From the NCBI GenBank assembly GCA_040772485.1, contig JAXGYC010000007.1, forward strand, positions 960,001 through 1,024,000: a DNA stretch of 64,000 nucleotides, read 5' to 3'. This DNA is from Sedimentisphaerales bacterium. GTDB lineage: Bacteria; Planctomycetota; Phycisphaerae; Sedimentisphaerales; Anaerobacaceae. Both the position numbers and the translations under genes were made by a program. A model generated the notes under the pieces. The model did no database searches. It was not told the DNA's origin and saw only the letters and a program-made list of their open reading frames with translations. This document shows positions 18,754 to 28,850 of this stretch, in pieces; position 1 is the stretch's first letter, and every line of letters begins with the position of its first letter.

Positions 18754-20031
18754 TTAGCCGCCAATCGAAATCAAATGCGAGAACGTCCGTAGAAGAAGCC
18801 GACCGTCGGCCACGGCCGGCGTCGCGTGGCTCTTCTCGCCCAATGCATTGACCCCCAGCAGCTTGTACTCCGGCCCGGCCAGGAGCACGACGACGTTGCC
18901 ATCGACCGTCAGGGCATATAGATTCCCGTTGACGCATATGGGCGAGCCATAGAACCGCCCGGCGGGCTTCTCGCTCCACACCACCCGCCCCGTGTCGCTC
19001 ATCAGACACGACACAAGGCCGCTGTCGTGGAATGCGAACAGCATCCCTTTGTAGGCTACGGATGTGGCGACATATGGCACCACTCGGCTCTCAAGACTGT
19101 ACACTTCGGGGGCTCGGAACGACGACCCCTCGCAAGTCGGCCGAACCGCCGCCAGTCGCAATCCCTGCCCGCCTTCTCCACAGGTCCCGATCACCAGGTC
19201 GCCTGCCACGACAGGCGAGCTTACCACGCGGGCCGGCAGTGCGGAGGCAACTTCCCAGAGCACATCCCCCGTCTGCGGATCGACGCCTGCGATGCCGTGG
19301 GCGTTGCTCGTGAAGACAAGCTGCAACCGGCCGGCGGAATCTCCAAAGGTGCAGGGTGTCGAGTACGACGCGTTGACAACTCCGGGCTCTTCACATCGCC
19401 ATTTCACCTCGCCCGTGCGCCGGTCGACAGCCAGCCACTGACTCGTAACGCCATCGCTGTTGGTTTCCTGCTCGTGTGACACAATCACGTGGGAACCGCA
19501 CACGATGGGCGAGCTGCCCTGGCCATGCCGCGTGCGGACTCCCGCCAGCGGCACCGTCCACGCGTGCCCGCCGTCGTGTGTCAGAGCCAACAGCACTGTC
19601 TGCCGGCCATCGGGCCAGAGGACATAGACATGCTCGCCGTCCACCGCCGGCGTCGGGCCGGCATAGCTGTTGAGGTTGGTCAATGGGTATTTCGCAAGGT
19701 CTTGCTCTTGCCGCCATCGTTCTGCGCCATCAGCGCCGCTGACGCAGAGCAGCATGCCTCGTCCCGCCTTCTGGTCCGCGCAGGTGACAAACAGCTTGCC
19801 ATCCCAGGCCACCGGGGACGAATGCCCCGTGCCGGGTAGCTTGATCTTCCAGTGGTAATCCTGCTCGGACCACTTCGTCGGAACGGTCCGGGCATCGCTG
19901 ATCCCCTGACCGTTCGGACCGCGAAAGCGAGGCCAGTTGTCCGCCGTCGCAATCGAGGTAAGGAAGACCCCGCACAGCGTCACGACCCACGCCGGCCTCG
20001 GTTGCCCTGTCCAAATGCTGTCTTTCGCCAT
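18754..20031 (-). CDS. PQQ-like beta-propeller repeat protein
   Basis: NWPRFRGPNGQG, GHSSPV, repeated SSP/TG..W blades. Confidence 0.88.
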   Translation of the reverse strand: MAKDSIWTGQPRPAWVVTLCGVFLTSIATADNWPRFRGPNGQGISDARTVPTKWSEQDYHWKIKLPGTGHSSPVAWDGKLFVTCADQKAGRGMLLCVSGADGAERWRQEQDLAKYPLTNLNSYAGPTPAVDGEHVYVLWPDGRQTVLLALTHDGGHAWTVPLAGVRTRHGQGSSPIVCGSHVIVSHEQETNSDGVTSQWLAVDRRTGEVKWRCEEPGVVNASYSTPCTFGDSAGRLQLVFTSNAHGIAGVDPQTGDVLWEVASALPARVVSSPVVAGDLVIGTCGEGGQGLRLAAVRPTCEGSSFRAPEVYSLESRVVPYVATSVAYKGMLFAFHDSGLVSCLMSDTGRVVWSEKPAGRFYGSPICVNGNLYALTVDGNVVVLLAGPEYKLLGVNALGEKSHATPAVADGRLLLRTFSHLISIGG

Positions 20032-20196
20032 TGGCCACTCCCTGCCGCATCCTCCGGTTTCCTCCGCTGTGGTAGTTCAGTCTGCCATCCTATCACCTTT
20101 CGCCACAGGTTCAAGGACGATCCTCAGGCGACAGAGAGACACCCTTCTCGGCGGGCGCAGGTTAGGCCATCTGGAATGCCGACATCTTCTCAGCGG

Positions 20197-20859
20197 TCAG
20201 AGGCGGCGGACCAAGCCGACGACGACCCCTTCGATATGGCAGTTGTTTGTGTAGATCGGCTGGTAGTTCGCGTTGGCCGGCTGGAGGCGGACGCAGTGGC
20301 TCTCCTTGTAGAGGCGTTTCAGCGTCGCCTCGCCGTCGTCGACCAGAGCCACGACGAGATCGCCGTTGTCGGCCACGTTCGTGCGTCGGCAGATCACGTA
20401 GTCACCCGGCTGGATGTTCTCCTCGATCATGCTGTCGCCGGAGACCTCCAGAGCGAACAGATCCTCCCCGAGTCCGAAGCAGGTCTCCAGTGAGATCGAT
20501 TCGGTGTTCTCGATGGCCTCGCGCGGCAGTCCGGCCGCGATCCGGCCCACGAGGGGAATTCCCGAGGTCGGCTCGGCGTTTTCGCCCGGCTGGCATCCGT
20601 CGAGGCGGTCAAGCAGGGCGTGCCCGCTGGAAGTCAGCTTCAAAGAGCGTGCCCTGCCCGGCGAGGTCGCGAGCAATCCCTTTCTTTGCAGTTCGCCGAG
20701 GTGCTCGAACACGGTGCTTCGGCTGATGCGCATCTGCGACGCCAGTTCGGCGATCGTCGGGGAATAGCGTTGACTGTCGCAGAAAGAGCCGATGAGTCGG
20801 AGCACTTCGACCTGACGGGGCGTCAGCCCGTCGATGGGTTCTACGTATCGCACCTGCAT
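20197..20859 (-). CDS. lexA: SOS transcriptional repressor LexA
   Basis: LTPRQ..SPTIAELA wHTH; IAAG cleavage site; GDSM (Ser) and ATLKR (Lys) catalytic motifs. Confidence 0.95.
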   Translation of the reverse strand: MQVRYVEPIDGLTPRQVEVLRLIGSFCDSQRYSPTIAELASQMRISRSTVFEHLGELQRKGLLATSPGRARSLKLTSSGHALLDRLDGCQPGENAEPTSGIPLVGRIAAGLPREAIENTESISLETCFGLGEDLFALEVSGDSMIEENIQPGDYVICRRTNVADNGDLVVALVDDGEATLKRLYKESHCVRLQPANANYQPIYTNNCHIEGVVVGLVRRL

Positions 20860-21103
20860 CCTTGCGTTCCTCCCGGCCCGCCTGCACCGCGCGAGCCGCC
20901 TGCATTGTCCCCTCGGCGGGCCGGCTGCACCGCACCCCCGACACCACGCCCATGATCTCCGCCAGACACGAAAGCACCTTCGTCAGCGCTCCGGCCGAAG
21001 GATCGGGAAACGCCATGTCCGAGGGAGGCCAGGTCGAGAAATACTCGCCGCCCGTCCCGAACTTGCACACCGGGTCGATCCTGCCGTTCCTGTACGCGTC
21101 CAT
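20609..21103 (-). CDS. hypothetical ORF upstream of and overlapping lexA
   Basis: GAGGA SD before ATG 21103; reads 251 nt into lexA in another frame. Confidence 0.4.
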   Translation of the reverse strand: MDAYRNGRIDPVCKFGTGGEYFSTWPPSDMAFPDPSAGALTKVLSCLAEIMGVVSGVRCSRPAEGTMQAARAVQAGREERKDAGAIRRTHRRADAPSGRSAPTHRLFLRQSTLFPDDRRTGVADAHQPKHRVRAPRRTAKKGIARDLAGQGTLFEADFQRARPA

Positions 21104-21181
21104 CCGTGAATCCTCACAAACACGCGATTCCGTTCCATTTCGTTCTTCGTTATGCTCTATCGACCATACCGCTCGGAAAAC

Positions 21182-21221
21182 CCAAACAAAAACCGAACAG
21201 AACCCGTGCAATCTCCGAACT
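21182..21221. promoter_or_regulatory. candidate LexA operator array (11-bp periodic CCGAAC-like repeats)
   Basis: CCAAACA (21182), CCGAACA (21193), CCGTGCA (21204), CCGAACT (21215). Confidence 0.5.
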
Positions 21222-21496
21222 TTCTTCTTTGCCCCGTCCGGCCCTGCGCCGGCCCGCACAATATAGGACTGGGGCGGCAGAATTCAGTGGAACCAACCGA
21301 TGAAATCCGCCGGGAGGGTCTGCGAGACCACACTGCGAGGCCCATCCGCGCCTCAGATGGACTCCAGCCGTTGAACGCCGCTGCCGGCATGAACAAAGGG
21401 CAGGACAGCATCGCGCTGCCCTGCCCCTTTTGTGTCTCCTGTTTGCGCGCCTTGAGGCGTCTGCCCTCGACGAGTGGGCGAGGTTTCTGCAACGAC

Positions 21497-24397
21497 TCAG
21501 AACGGCTTGTGGACCGGGGACCTTCTGCCGGCCAGCCAGGCCATTTCGCCGGCCGACAGCGCCTCACTGTAGATCCGCACGTCGTCAACGGAACCGGTCC
21601 AGAACTCGATCTGGTCGCTAACCTGCCGGCCGATATGGGCGCGACTCGGGACCAGGTTCCAGTTCTTGGCCGCCGAAGCGACCTCGACGCCGTCAGCGTA
21701 CAATCTCGCCGTCGCGCCGTCGTAGGTCAGTCCGACGTGATGCCACTCGTCCGTATCCCAGAAACCGGGGCTCATCACATCGTCGCCGTGGCCTCCGCCG
21801 TAGAGATCGGCGCCGTTGAGGCCGATGAACATCGCCTGGCTCGTCGCCCCGGTACCGTAGGCGGCGATCCATCGCCAGCCGACGGCGATGGAACCGGTCT
21901 TACCCCACCCGGTCATGCAACGCGGCTCCAGGCCGGAAGGCCAGCCCGCCGGAGTGCCGAAATCGACATAGTCCTCGTCGCCGCCCAGCAGAAGGGCCTG
22001 GCCCTCCACGCCGGCAACGTAGCTCGGTGCTCCGATGATGGTCCCGTTGTAACCATGTCCCGAACTGTCGTTGACATTGCCGTCCAGGGCATAGCGAGCC
22101 ACCAGGCTCGCACCGTCAGGCTCAACGGGTGTGATGCGCTCGGCTGCCTGCGGGTACAGCCGGATGTCATCAATGAGCGCAAGTCCGGTCGCGCCGGCGC
22201 CATCGACACCGACCGCCAATTCCGCAACGCTGCGCAGATTACCGCCAACCGTGGAAAGATCGATATTCCAGACCTGCCATGTCGCGCGGCCGATATCGGT
22301 CGCATCGCCATCGTAGACGACTTTCGTGTCGCCGATTCTCAGGTAGAGCTGGCCCGTGTTGCCCGCTCTGCCTCGGAAGTACAGGGACAGGCTCTTGACG
22401 CCATACGCCGTCCAGTCCTGGGGAGAGTCGAACGTCCGCACCGCCTCCGAGTAGTTGGGCGAGGTCGTGTTGTCATATCCGAGAGGCATCGACTGCCGAC
22501 CGCCATGAACGAGCGTTTGTTCGGCGAACGGCATATCGATGTATCCCACGAGCGAGCCGGTGCCATTTTCCCACCCGTCGATCCAGGCCTGGAAGATGGC
22601 TCTTCCGGCGTCCACGTCGTCCGTGTAACTCTCCATGTCATCGACGACAACGTACGGACGGACGACGAAATTCCAGATGTCCCCCGTCCACGTGGTCACG
22701 GCGTCCGTCTCGTTGACTTCATCGACCCGCCAGTAATACGTACCGCCCAACGCGAGTGCCTGCGGCGCATGCGCTGGCGATGAGGTGGAATCGACCAGGC
22801 CCAGAGACTGCGGATCGGACCCCAGATACACCTCGTGCGAGACCGCCTCCCGGCCCGCGCGCCAGGTGAGGACCACGTCGGGGTTCACATCGATCGTCCC
22901 ATCGGCCGGCTGCGGTTCGCGCGCATGCGCGGGAACGAACAGGAAGCGGACTTCACTGAGTCCGAACTGGCCCATCATCCCGTAGCCGCTGTTGACCGTC
23001 AGGCGGACGTACCTGGCGGCGACGCCATCGAACGGCACGACGGTGTTGGCAACATAGGTCGCCTTGGCCGTCGCCTTGGCAAAATCGAAATCGCCGAGGA
23101 GCGTCCACCCGGCCCCGTCCTGGGAGTACTCCACCGTGACATTCTTGAGCCCAAAGCCGAGGATCAGCTCGAATTGGACGTTGTAATTCCAGACGAGCAT
23201 CTCACTGAGCTTGTAGACGCGGCCGAACTCGTACTGAATCCACAACGGCTCGGCGCCGGGCGAGGCGAGCCACATGTCCGGCGCGTCGGTGGAGTGCTGG
23301 TCGTTGGCGTTCAAGCCCGAGCCGTTGACGGTATTCTCCGGACCGGCAGCCGCCTCCGAGACGCCATTGCTGGTCGCAACCACGTTCGGGACTGCATAGG
23401 CAAACGGCTCGGCTGTAAAACTCCAGACGGCGCCTTTGAAGATGGTGTTGTCCGGGGCCGCGTTGACTTCATCGATGCGCCAGTAGTAGGTCTGCGCGAA
23501 TTCCAGCAGGCCGGGCGGATCGTAAGCCGCGGCGCTCTGGCCCTGACTGACCAACACGCCCATAGGATTGGCTCGGCTGGCATCATTGACGTCGTCAAAC
23601 GACGCGCCGAAATAGACATCATGTGTGGCGGCATATTCGCCGGCCGTCCAGGCCAGAATCACGTCATAGGGCACGTCAGTTGCTTCGTCATCGGGAATCG
23701 GATTCGAGGCCAGTTCCGCAGGCGACAGACTCTCCATGGAAGCCACAACCTCCGCATCATCAAGCGCATGATTGTAGATGCGGATTTCGTTGAGGCGGAC
23801 CGGTGCAAACTCGGTCACGCCCAGGGCGGCGCCAAAGACGAGATCGGCGGTGTTGTCCGCCGCCGCCGATGTCGTGGCTTCGTTGTCGAGCTGACCGTTC
23901 AGGTAGATTTTCTTCGACCCATTGTCATAGACCATCGCCGCGTGGGTCCATTCGCCGGCCACGATTGTGCTTCCGATCTGATTGGCCGGCTGGTGTCCAA
24001 ATACCCACGCATTGCTCCCGTCGACCCAAATGCCGTACCAGTTTGCAGTCTCCCGTCCCTTGGTCACCACGCCGGACCAATGTCCCGGCCGAGTGGTGAA
24101 ATGGACCCATGCCGTCAGCGCGTAAGCGTCTGCGGCGCCGAATCGCAAGTCCTCCGCGTCGGGGACCCGTACAAGGTCGTTGACGCCATCGAACTCCAGG
24201 CATGTCCCCTTTCCATTCCAGCCGGGACTGGTCCACGTGGCACCCTCGATTGTGCCGGTGTGGCCATTGCCGGTCTGGTCGATCACCTGGGTGCCGCTTC
24301 CCTCGTTCAGGGGCCAGTACCCGACCAGATCCCCAACCCCCGGCTGCGCAGCGCACAGCAGGATCAGACAGACGAAGACAATCAGTTTCCCTCGCAT
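21497..24397 (-). CDS. secreted LamG-like jellyroll / discoidin multidomain protein
   Basis: LVGYWPLNEGSG..., YYWRIDEVN repeats, discoidin (LVWNYN..ARYVRLT..GLSEVRF), C-terminal LamG; GGAGG SD. Confidence 0.88.
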   Translation of the reverse strand: MRGKLIVFVCLILLCAAQPGVGDLVGYWPLNEGSGTQVIDQTGNGHTGTIEGATWTSPGWNGKGTCLEFDGVNDLVRVPDAEDLRFGAADAYALTAWVHFTTRPGHWSGVVTKGRETANWYGIWVDGSNAWVFGHQPANQIGSTIVAGEWTHAAMVYDNGSKKIYLNGQLDNEATTSAAADNTADLVFGAALGVTEFAPVRLNEIRIYNHALDDAEVVASMESLSPAELASNPIPDDEATDVPYDVILAWTAGEYAATHDVYFGASFDDVNDASRANPMGVLVSQGQSAAAYDPPGLLEFAQTYYWRIDEVNAAPDNTIFKGAVWSFTAEPFAYAVPNVVATSNGVSEAAAGPENTVNGSGLNANDQHSTDAPDMWLASPGAEPLWIQYEFGRVYKLSEMLVWNYNVQFELILGFGLKNVTVEYSQDGAGWTLLGDFDFAKATAKATYVANTVVPFDGVAARYVRLTVNSGYGMMGQFGLSEVRFLFVPAHAREPQPADGTIDVNPDVVLTWRAGREAVSHEVYLGSDPQSLGLVDSTSSPAHAPQALALGGTYYWRVDEVNETDAVTTWTGDIWNFVVRPYVVVDDMESYTDDVDAGRAIFQAWIDGWENGTGSLVGYIDMPFAEQTLVHGGRQSMPLGYDNTTSPNYSEAVRTFDSPQDWTAYGVKSLSLYFRGRAGNTGQLYLRIGDTKVVYDGDATDIGRATWQVWNIDLSTVGGNLRSVAELAVGVDGAGATGLALIDDIRLYPQAAERITPVEPDGASLVARYALDGNVNDSSGHGYNGTIIGAPSYVAGVEGQALLLGGDEDYVDFGTPAGWPSGLEPRCMTGWGKTGSIAVGWRWIAAYGTGATSQAMFIGLNGADLYGGGHGDDVMSPGFWDTDEWHHVGLTYDGATARLYADGVEVASAAKNWNLVPSRAHIGRQVSDQIEFWTGSVDDVRIYSEALSAGEMAWLAGRRSPVHKPF

Positions 24398-24507
24398 GGC
24401 GAACCTCCTCAATGACAGGTGGCACTGACGACAACTTCACCCCGGCGACACGCCGGGGCGCTCAGCACGGCGCCGTCGCACGACAGAGCCGACACATACC
24501 TGCTTCC

Positions 24508-25296
24508 TCACAGAGCGGCGTAGTCTTTGAAACTCGTCATCCACTCCGGCCAGACGGGCGTACCGCGGGTTGCCCGCTCCTGGGCCCATTGTCTGTGCCA
24601 GTACACCTCCCACAGCTCCTTCAGGCCGATGGGCCGGACGGAGGTGTCCATGAACACGCCGTTCACGAATCCGTGGTGCCGATTGATGCAGAAGCTCCGC
24701 ATGGCGTTGGTGTACCAGTCCCAGTGACACTGACCGTCGAATTCCGGCGGCTCGTTGGCCGCCAGGGGCAGGCCGTCTACCCACTGGCAGTCCACGAAGA
24801 CCGGCACCCGGTAGCCTCCTTTGATGCGCACCGTACGCCAGTTCCTTTCGGTGTGGACATCGCCCGTGTCGTTGGCGACCCAGGCGTTGAGACCAAAACT
24901 TCCATAGTCTCCCTTGACTGCATAGTCCGGCACACTCGGCAGCGTGCCTTCGCCATAGACACCCCACCCGACAAAGGGACCCGTCACGCCGTCGCTGAAG
25001 AACTTGGTCGTCGCCGGACACGCCCGAATCTTCGGCTCGCGGCTGTAGTAGGGACGCATTGCGGGAACCCAGCTATGGCGCGGATCGCTCCCGGCTTCAT
25101 GGTGGAATTTGCCGTCGTTGTCGTCGGTGTACAGCGTGAACGTGTAGCCCATCTGCTTGAGATTGGACTGGCAGGCAACCCCCCGAGCCTGGCTGCGGAC
25201 CCGCTGCAACGCCGGCATCAGAATCGACATCAGCAACGCAATGATCGCGATCACCACCAGCAACTCGATCAGCGTGAATGCCTTCCGCTCGCCCAT
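24508..25296 (-). CDS. prepilin-type N-terminal cleavage/methylation protein (DUF1559-like)
   Basis: [32 protein letters not shown]-terminal [13 protein letters not shown] (H-X9-DG variant). Confidence 0.9.
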   Translation of the reverse strand: MGERKAFTLIELLVVIAIIALLMSILMPALQRVRSQARGVACQSNLKQMGYTFTLYTDDNDGKFHHEAGSDPRHSWVPAMRPYYSREPKIRACPATTKFFSDGVTGPFVGWGVYGEGTLPSVPDYAVKGDYGSFGLNAWVANDTGDVHTERNWRTVRIKGGYRVPVFVDCQWVDGLPLAANEPPEFDGQCHWDWYTNAMRSFCINRHHGFVNGVFMDTSVRPIGLKELWEVYWHRQWAQERATRGTPVWPEWMTSFKDYAAL

Positions 25297-25361
25297 CGTT
25301 CCGCCCTTTCACATGGCTCCGGTCCCATGCCGGCGCTATCGGCAAACCATCGAAGCGCCTT

Positions 25362-25433
25362 CAAACGTTTGTGGCAAAGACCGCAAACGTTTGCGATGGC
25401 CTTAATGCTACCTCGCCGCGCCGCCCCCGTCAA
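25362..25433 (-). promoter_or_regulatory. promoter with two LacI-type palindromic operators
   Basis: TTGACG-17-TAGCAT (25433-25405); CGCAAACGTTTGCG (25382-25395) and CAAACGTTTG (25362-25371). Confidence 0.75.
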
Positions 25434-25495
25434 TATATTTCCAGGGGTCCTTTGACAACATTCTGGGACGAAGAGCGCGCTCGTTCGGGCCTGAA

Positions 25496-26527
25496 CTACG
25501 GCGTGATTCGCCGGACGGAGGCCCGTTCAATCAGCCGCGTGGGCAAAACGATGCCCTCGCCGGAGAAACGCCCCCGCGACTGAATCTGCTCGAACAGCAG
25601 CCGCACCGCAATCTGTCCCATCCGTTCGTTGTCCTGGTCGACCGTCGTCATCGGCGCGTTGAGGTATGCGCAGTAGGGCTGATCGTCGAAGCAGATCACC
25701 GAGATGTCGCCGGGCACGCTAAGACCCTCCTCGGCAAGAGCTCGCAGAACGCCCAAGGTGATCAGGTTGCTCAGCGCGAGAATGGCGGTGATGCCCTTCT
25801 TCTTTCCGAGCAGGAGCTTCGTATGAACGTAGCCGTTCTCCTGCCCGAAGCTGCTCCCGGCTACCAGCGCATCATCTGGCTCGATGCCGTGGTCCTTCAG
25901 GGCCGTCCGGTATCCCCGCACCCGCTCCCGGTTGGGCGAGGTTCCGGCCAGCCCCTGGACACAAGCGATCGTCCGGTGCCCGCGATCGATCAGATGGCTC
26001 GTGGCCTCCATCGCGCCGCGATAGTTGTCCGACACGACATAGGGCAGCTTCAGATTCGGGAAGTAGCGGTCGATCACCACAAGCGGCAGGCTGCCATCCT
26101 GAAGCTCTTCGAGGTGCGCCGCCGACTGCCCGACCGGAGCGATCACGAGGCCGTCCACCTTGCGATCGCGCAGAAGCGCCAACGACTCGACTTCCAGTTG
26201 CGTGCTCTCCTGGCTGTCACAGAGAAAGACCGAGTAGCCCTCGCGACGTGCGGCCATCTCGACATTCCTGGCGATCTCGGCAAAATATGGGTTCGAAATA
26301 TCCGGAATGAGCAGCCCGATGCTCAGGGTCCGATTCAGGCGCAGCCCACGGGCCAGCGGGTCCGGGGAGAAATGCATCTCCTTGGCGGCCCGCAGGACCG
26401 CCTCTTCCGTCTTCTTGCTGATGCCATAGGCTTCGGCCTTGCCGTTGAGGGCGCGCGAGACCGTCGTAACGGAAATCCCCAACTGTTTTGCGATCGCCTT
26501 GAGCGTCGGCCTTGAGCTCTGTTTCAT
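25496..26527 (-). CDS. LacI family transcriptional regulator
   Basis: TLKAIAKQLGISVTTVSRALNG HTH; LARGL hinge; ISVICFDD..PMTTVDQ. Confidence 0.95.
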   Translation of the reverse strand: MKQSSRPTLKAIAKQLGISVTTVSRALNGKAEAYGISKKTEEAVLRAAKEMHFSPDPLARGLRLNRTLSIGLLIPDISNPYFAEIARNVEMAARREGYSVFLCDSQESTQLEVESLALLRDRKVDGLVIAPVGQSAAHLEELQDGSLPLVVIDRYFPNLKLPYVVSDNYRGAMEATSHLIDRGHRTIACVQGLAGTSPNRERVRGYRTALKDHGIEPDDALVAGSSFGQENGYVHTKLLLGKKKGITAILALSNLITLGVLRALAEEGLSVPGDISVICFDDQPYCAYLNAPMTTVDQDNERMGQIAVRLLFEQIQSRGRFSGEGIVLPTRLIERASVRRITP

Positions 26528-26657
26528 GTGCCGATCCCAAACAGGACACTGCATCTACCGCGGCGGTTTGAACAGACGTTCATTTTACCAAACATCGACC
26601 GACGGCATCAAGAACCTGTGGAGACAGAGGCCGCGCGGCAACGGCTTTCACCCAAGA

Positions 26658-28685
26658 TCACTGCTCTCCGGACGGCAGCAGATTGTGGTCCTCGCCACCG
26701 ATCAGGTGAGGCAGGCCTTCCTCCAGTTCCATCTGCTCGGTCAGCTCGCGGGACAGTTCGGTCAGGAAGCGGCTGGGTTTCATCATGACCAGGTTTCCGC
26801 CGCGATTGCGGTAGACCTCAGGGACAACGAGGTACAGCTCGTCCCGCGCCCTCGTTACGGCGACGTGGAAGACCCGCCGCTCCTCCTCCAACTCCTCCTT
26901 GCGGTTCATCGCCATATCCGATGGAAACCGCCCGTCCGAAAGCCAGGGGATGAACACGATGGGCCATTCGAGCCCCTTGGCCTGATGTACGGTGCTGAGG
27001 ATCACAAACTCCTGCTCGTCCGGTCCGGCTACCACGTTCTCGCCGGAGAACTCCCCCGCCAGCGCCACGTCTGCCAGAAACGCCTCGACGCTCTTGTATT
27101 GCGACGCGAAATTCGCCAGCCCGTTAATGTCTTCTTTCCGCAGCGAGGCCCCGTCGTAGTGTGAAACGAGGTAATCCTCATAGGACCGTTTGAACACCAG
27201 GTCGATGATCTCCGCGGGCGAGTCGATCTCGCTGGCCTCCTTGATCAAAGCCGCGAAATCCTCGTAGAACGGCCGCGCGCTGGCAGGCAGAAGGCTGGCC
27301 GTCTCGACCGTGAAGACCTCCTTGACCGGATCGGCCGAGTCGCTGATATGCCGCCAGACCCGGCGCGACAGGGCGCTGCCCACGCGCGGCAGCATCTTGA
27401 GCAGCCGCAGCCAGGCCAGCTCATCGGTGGGGTTCTGCATGACGCGCAGGTAGCAGAGGATGTCCTTCATGTGGGCCTGCTCGAAGAAACGCAGGCCGCC
27501 ACGGATGTGGAACGGGATGTTGCGCCGCTGGAACTCGAGCTGGATCTCCAGCGAATGCCAATGGCTGCGGTACAGCACCGCGATGTCGTTCAGCGTGCGC
27601 CCCTCATCGAGCAGGTGCAGCACGTACTCGGCGATGAACCGCGACTGCGTGTAGTGATCGTGACATGGCACGATGGCCGGCTTGAGGCCCGAGGACCGGA
27701 TCGCCTGGAGGTTCTTCGGCAGGCGACGCACGTTGTGTGCGATGCTCGCGTTGGCCAGCGTCAAAATCTCCGGCACCGAGCGGTAATTCGTTTCGAGCTT
27801 GTATTCGCGGGCGTCGGGATAGCGGTCCTTGAACGTGATGATGTTGTCGAAGTTGGCCCCGCGAAAGCTGTAGATCGATTGCGAATCGTCTCCGACCACC
27901 GTCAGGTTGCGATGCCTGGAAGCCAGCAGGTCAATGATCGCACCCTGAATCCTGTTGGTGTCCTGGTACTCGTCGACGAGGATGTGCAGAAACTGGCCGG
28001 CGAGTTGTTCGTGTACCTCCTTGTGCTCGGCCATCAGCCGCAGCCAGGCGCTGAGCAGATCGTCGAAGTCCAGCAACTGTCGCTGACGCTTCTTCTCCGT
28101 GTACAGCGAGAGCACTTTCTCGATGCCGGAAACCTCCTCGACGAACATGGGATAGCGTTTGCTGAGCACCTCGTCGAGCGGTTCGAGCGTGTTCTGGAGA
28201 AACGACGAGATCGCCGCCAGCACTGCCTTCTGCGGAAAGCGACGCTGATGGATGTCGATGCCGGCCTCTTCCACGCACGAGGCCAGCAGGTCGCGGGCGT
28301 CCTCGCGGTCGAGGATCGTGAAATCGGATGAAATCCCCAGCCGCTGGCCATGGATGCGCAGGATGCGATTGGCGATGTGGTGGAAGGTGCCGCCCCAAAT
28401 CTCGCGGGTCTTCTGCTTGACGAGCACCTCAACCCGGCTGAGCATCTCGCGGGCCGCCCGGTTCGTGAAGGTCACCAGCAGGATACGGGATGGGTCGATT
28501 CCATGGTGCACCAGCCAGGCCAGCCGGTAGGTCAGGGCGCGGGTCTTGCCGCTGCCGGCGCCGGCCACCACGAGCATGGGTCCGCCCGGCGCGGTCGCCA
28601 CCGCCAGTTGCTCGCGGTTCAGGTCGGCGGAGAAATCGATATCTCCGGCCGCCGTGCGGGATTGCAGTGTGAACTTCCTGGCCAT
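26658..28685 (-). CDS. UvrD/PcrA family ATP-dependent DNA helicase
   Basis: VAGAGSGKT, VTFTNRAA, VDEYQD, VVGDDSQSIYSFRGA, NYRS, STVHQAKGLEW, VAVTRAR. Confidence 0.95.
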   Translation of the reverse strand: MARKFTLQSRTAAGDIDFSADLNREQLAVATAPGGPMLVVAGAGSGKTRALTYRLAWLVHHGIDPSRILLVTFTNRAAREMLSRVEVLVKQKTREIWGGTFHHIANRILRIHGQRLGISSDFTILDREDARDLLASCVEEAGIDIHQRRFPQKAVLAAISSFLQNTLEPLDEVLSKRYPMFVEEVSGIEKVLSLYTEKKRQRQLLDFDDLLSAWLRLMAEHKEVHEQLAGQFLHILVDEYQDTNRIQGAIIDLLASRHRNLTVVGDDSQSIYSFRGANFDNIITFKDRYPDAREYKLETNYRSVPEILTLANASIAHNVRRLPKNLQAIRSSGLKPAIVPCHDHYTQSRFIAEYVLHLLDEGRTLNDIAVLYRSHWHSLEIQLEFQRRNIPFHIRGGLRFFEQAHMKDILCYLRVMQNPTDELAWLRLLKMLPRVGSALSRRVWRHISDSADPVKEVFTVETASLLPASARPFYEDFAALIKEASEIDSPAEIIDLVFKRSYEDYLVSHYDGASLRKEDINGLANFASQYKSVEAFLADVALAGEFSGENVVAGPDEQEFVILSTVHQAKGLEWPIVFIPWLSDGRFPSDMAMNRKEELEEERRVFHVAVTRARDELYLVVPEVYRNRGGNLVMMKPSRFLTELSRELTEQMELEEGLPHLIGGEDHNLLPSGEQ

Positions 28686-28850
28686 CCTTCTCCGAGTATC
28701 TTATCCATACCGTTTGTTTCTTTTCGAGGGACTAGAGGCCAGTTTACCAGAAAACCATGGGGCTGTCATTTTCGATTCGCCGGCGCGCGACCGAAATGGA
28801 GATCCGCCTTGACAGCAGAGGCAAATGGGGGATGGCTTTCCCACGACGGG

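Noticed and set aside
25341..25395. c-di-GMP-I riboswitch (GGCAAACCATCGAA...)
   Set aside because: The complementary GATGG arm and P2 are absent, it is on the wrong strand for the adjacent gene, and LacI operators explain the region better.
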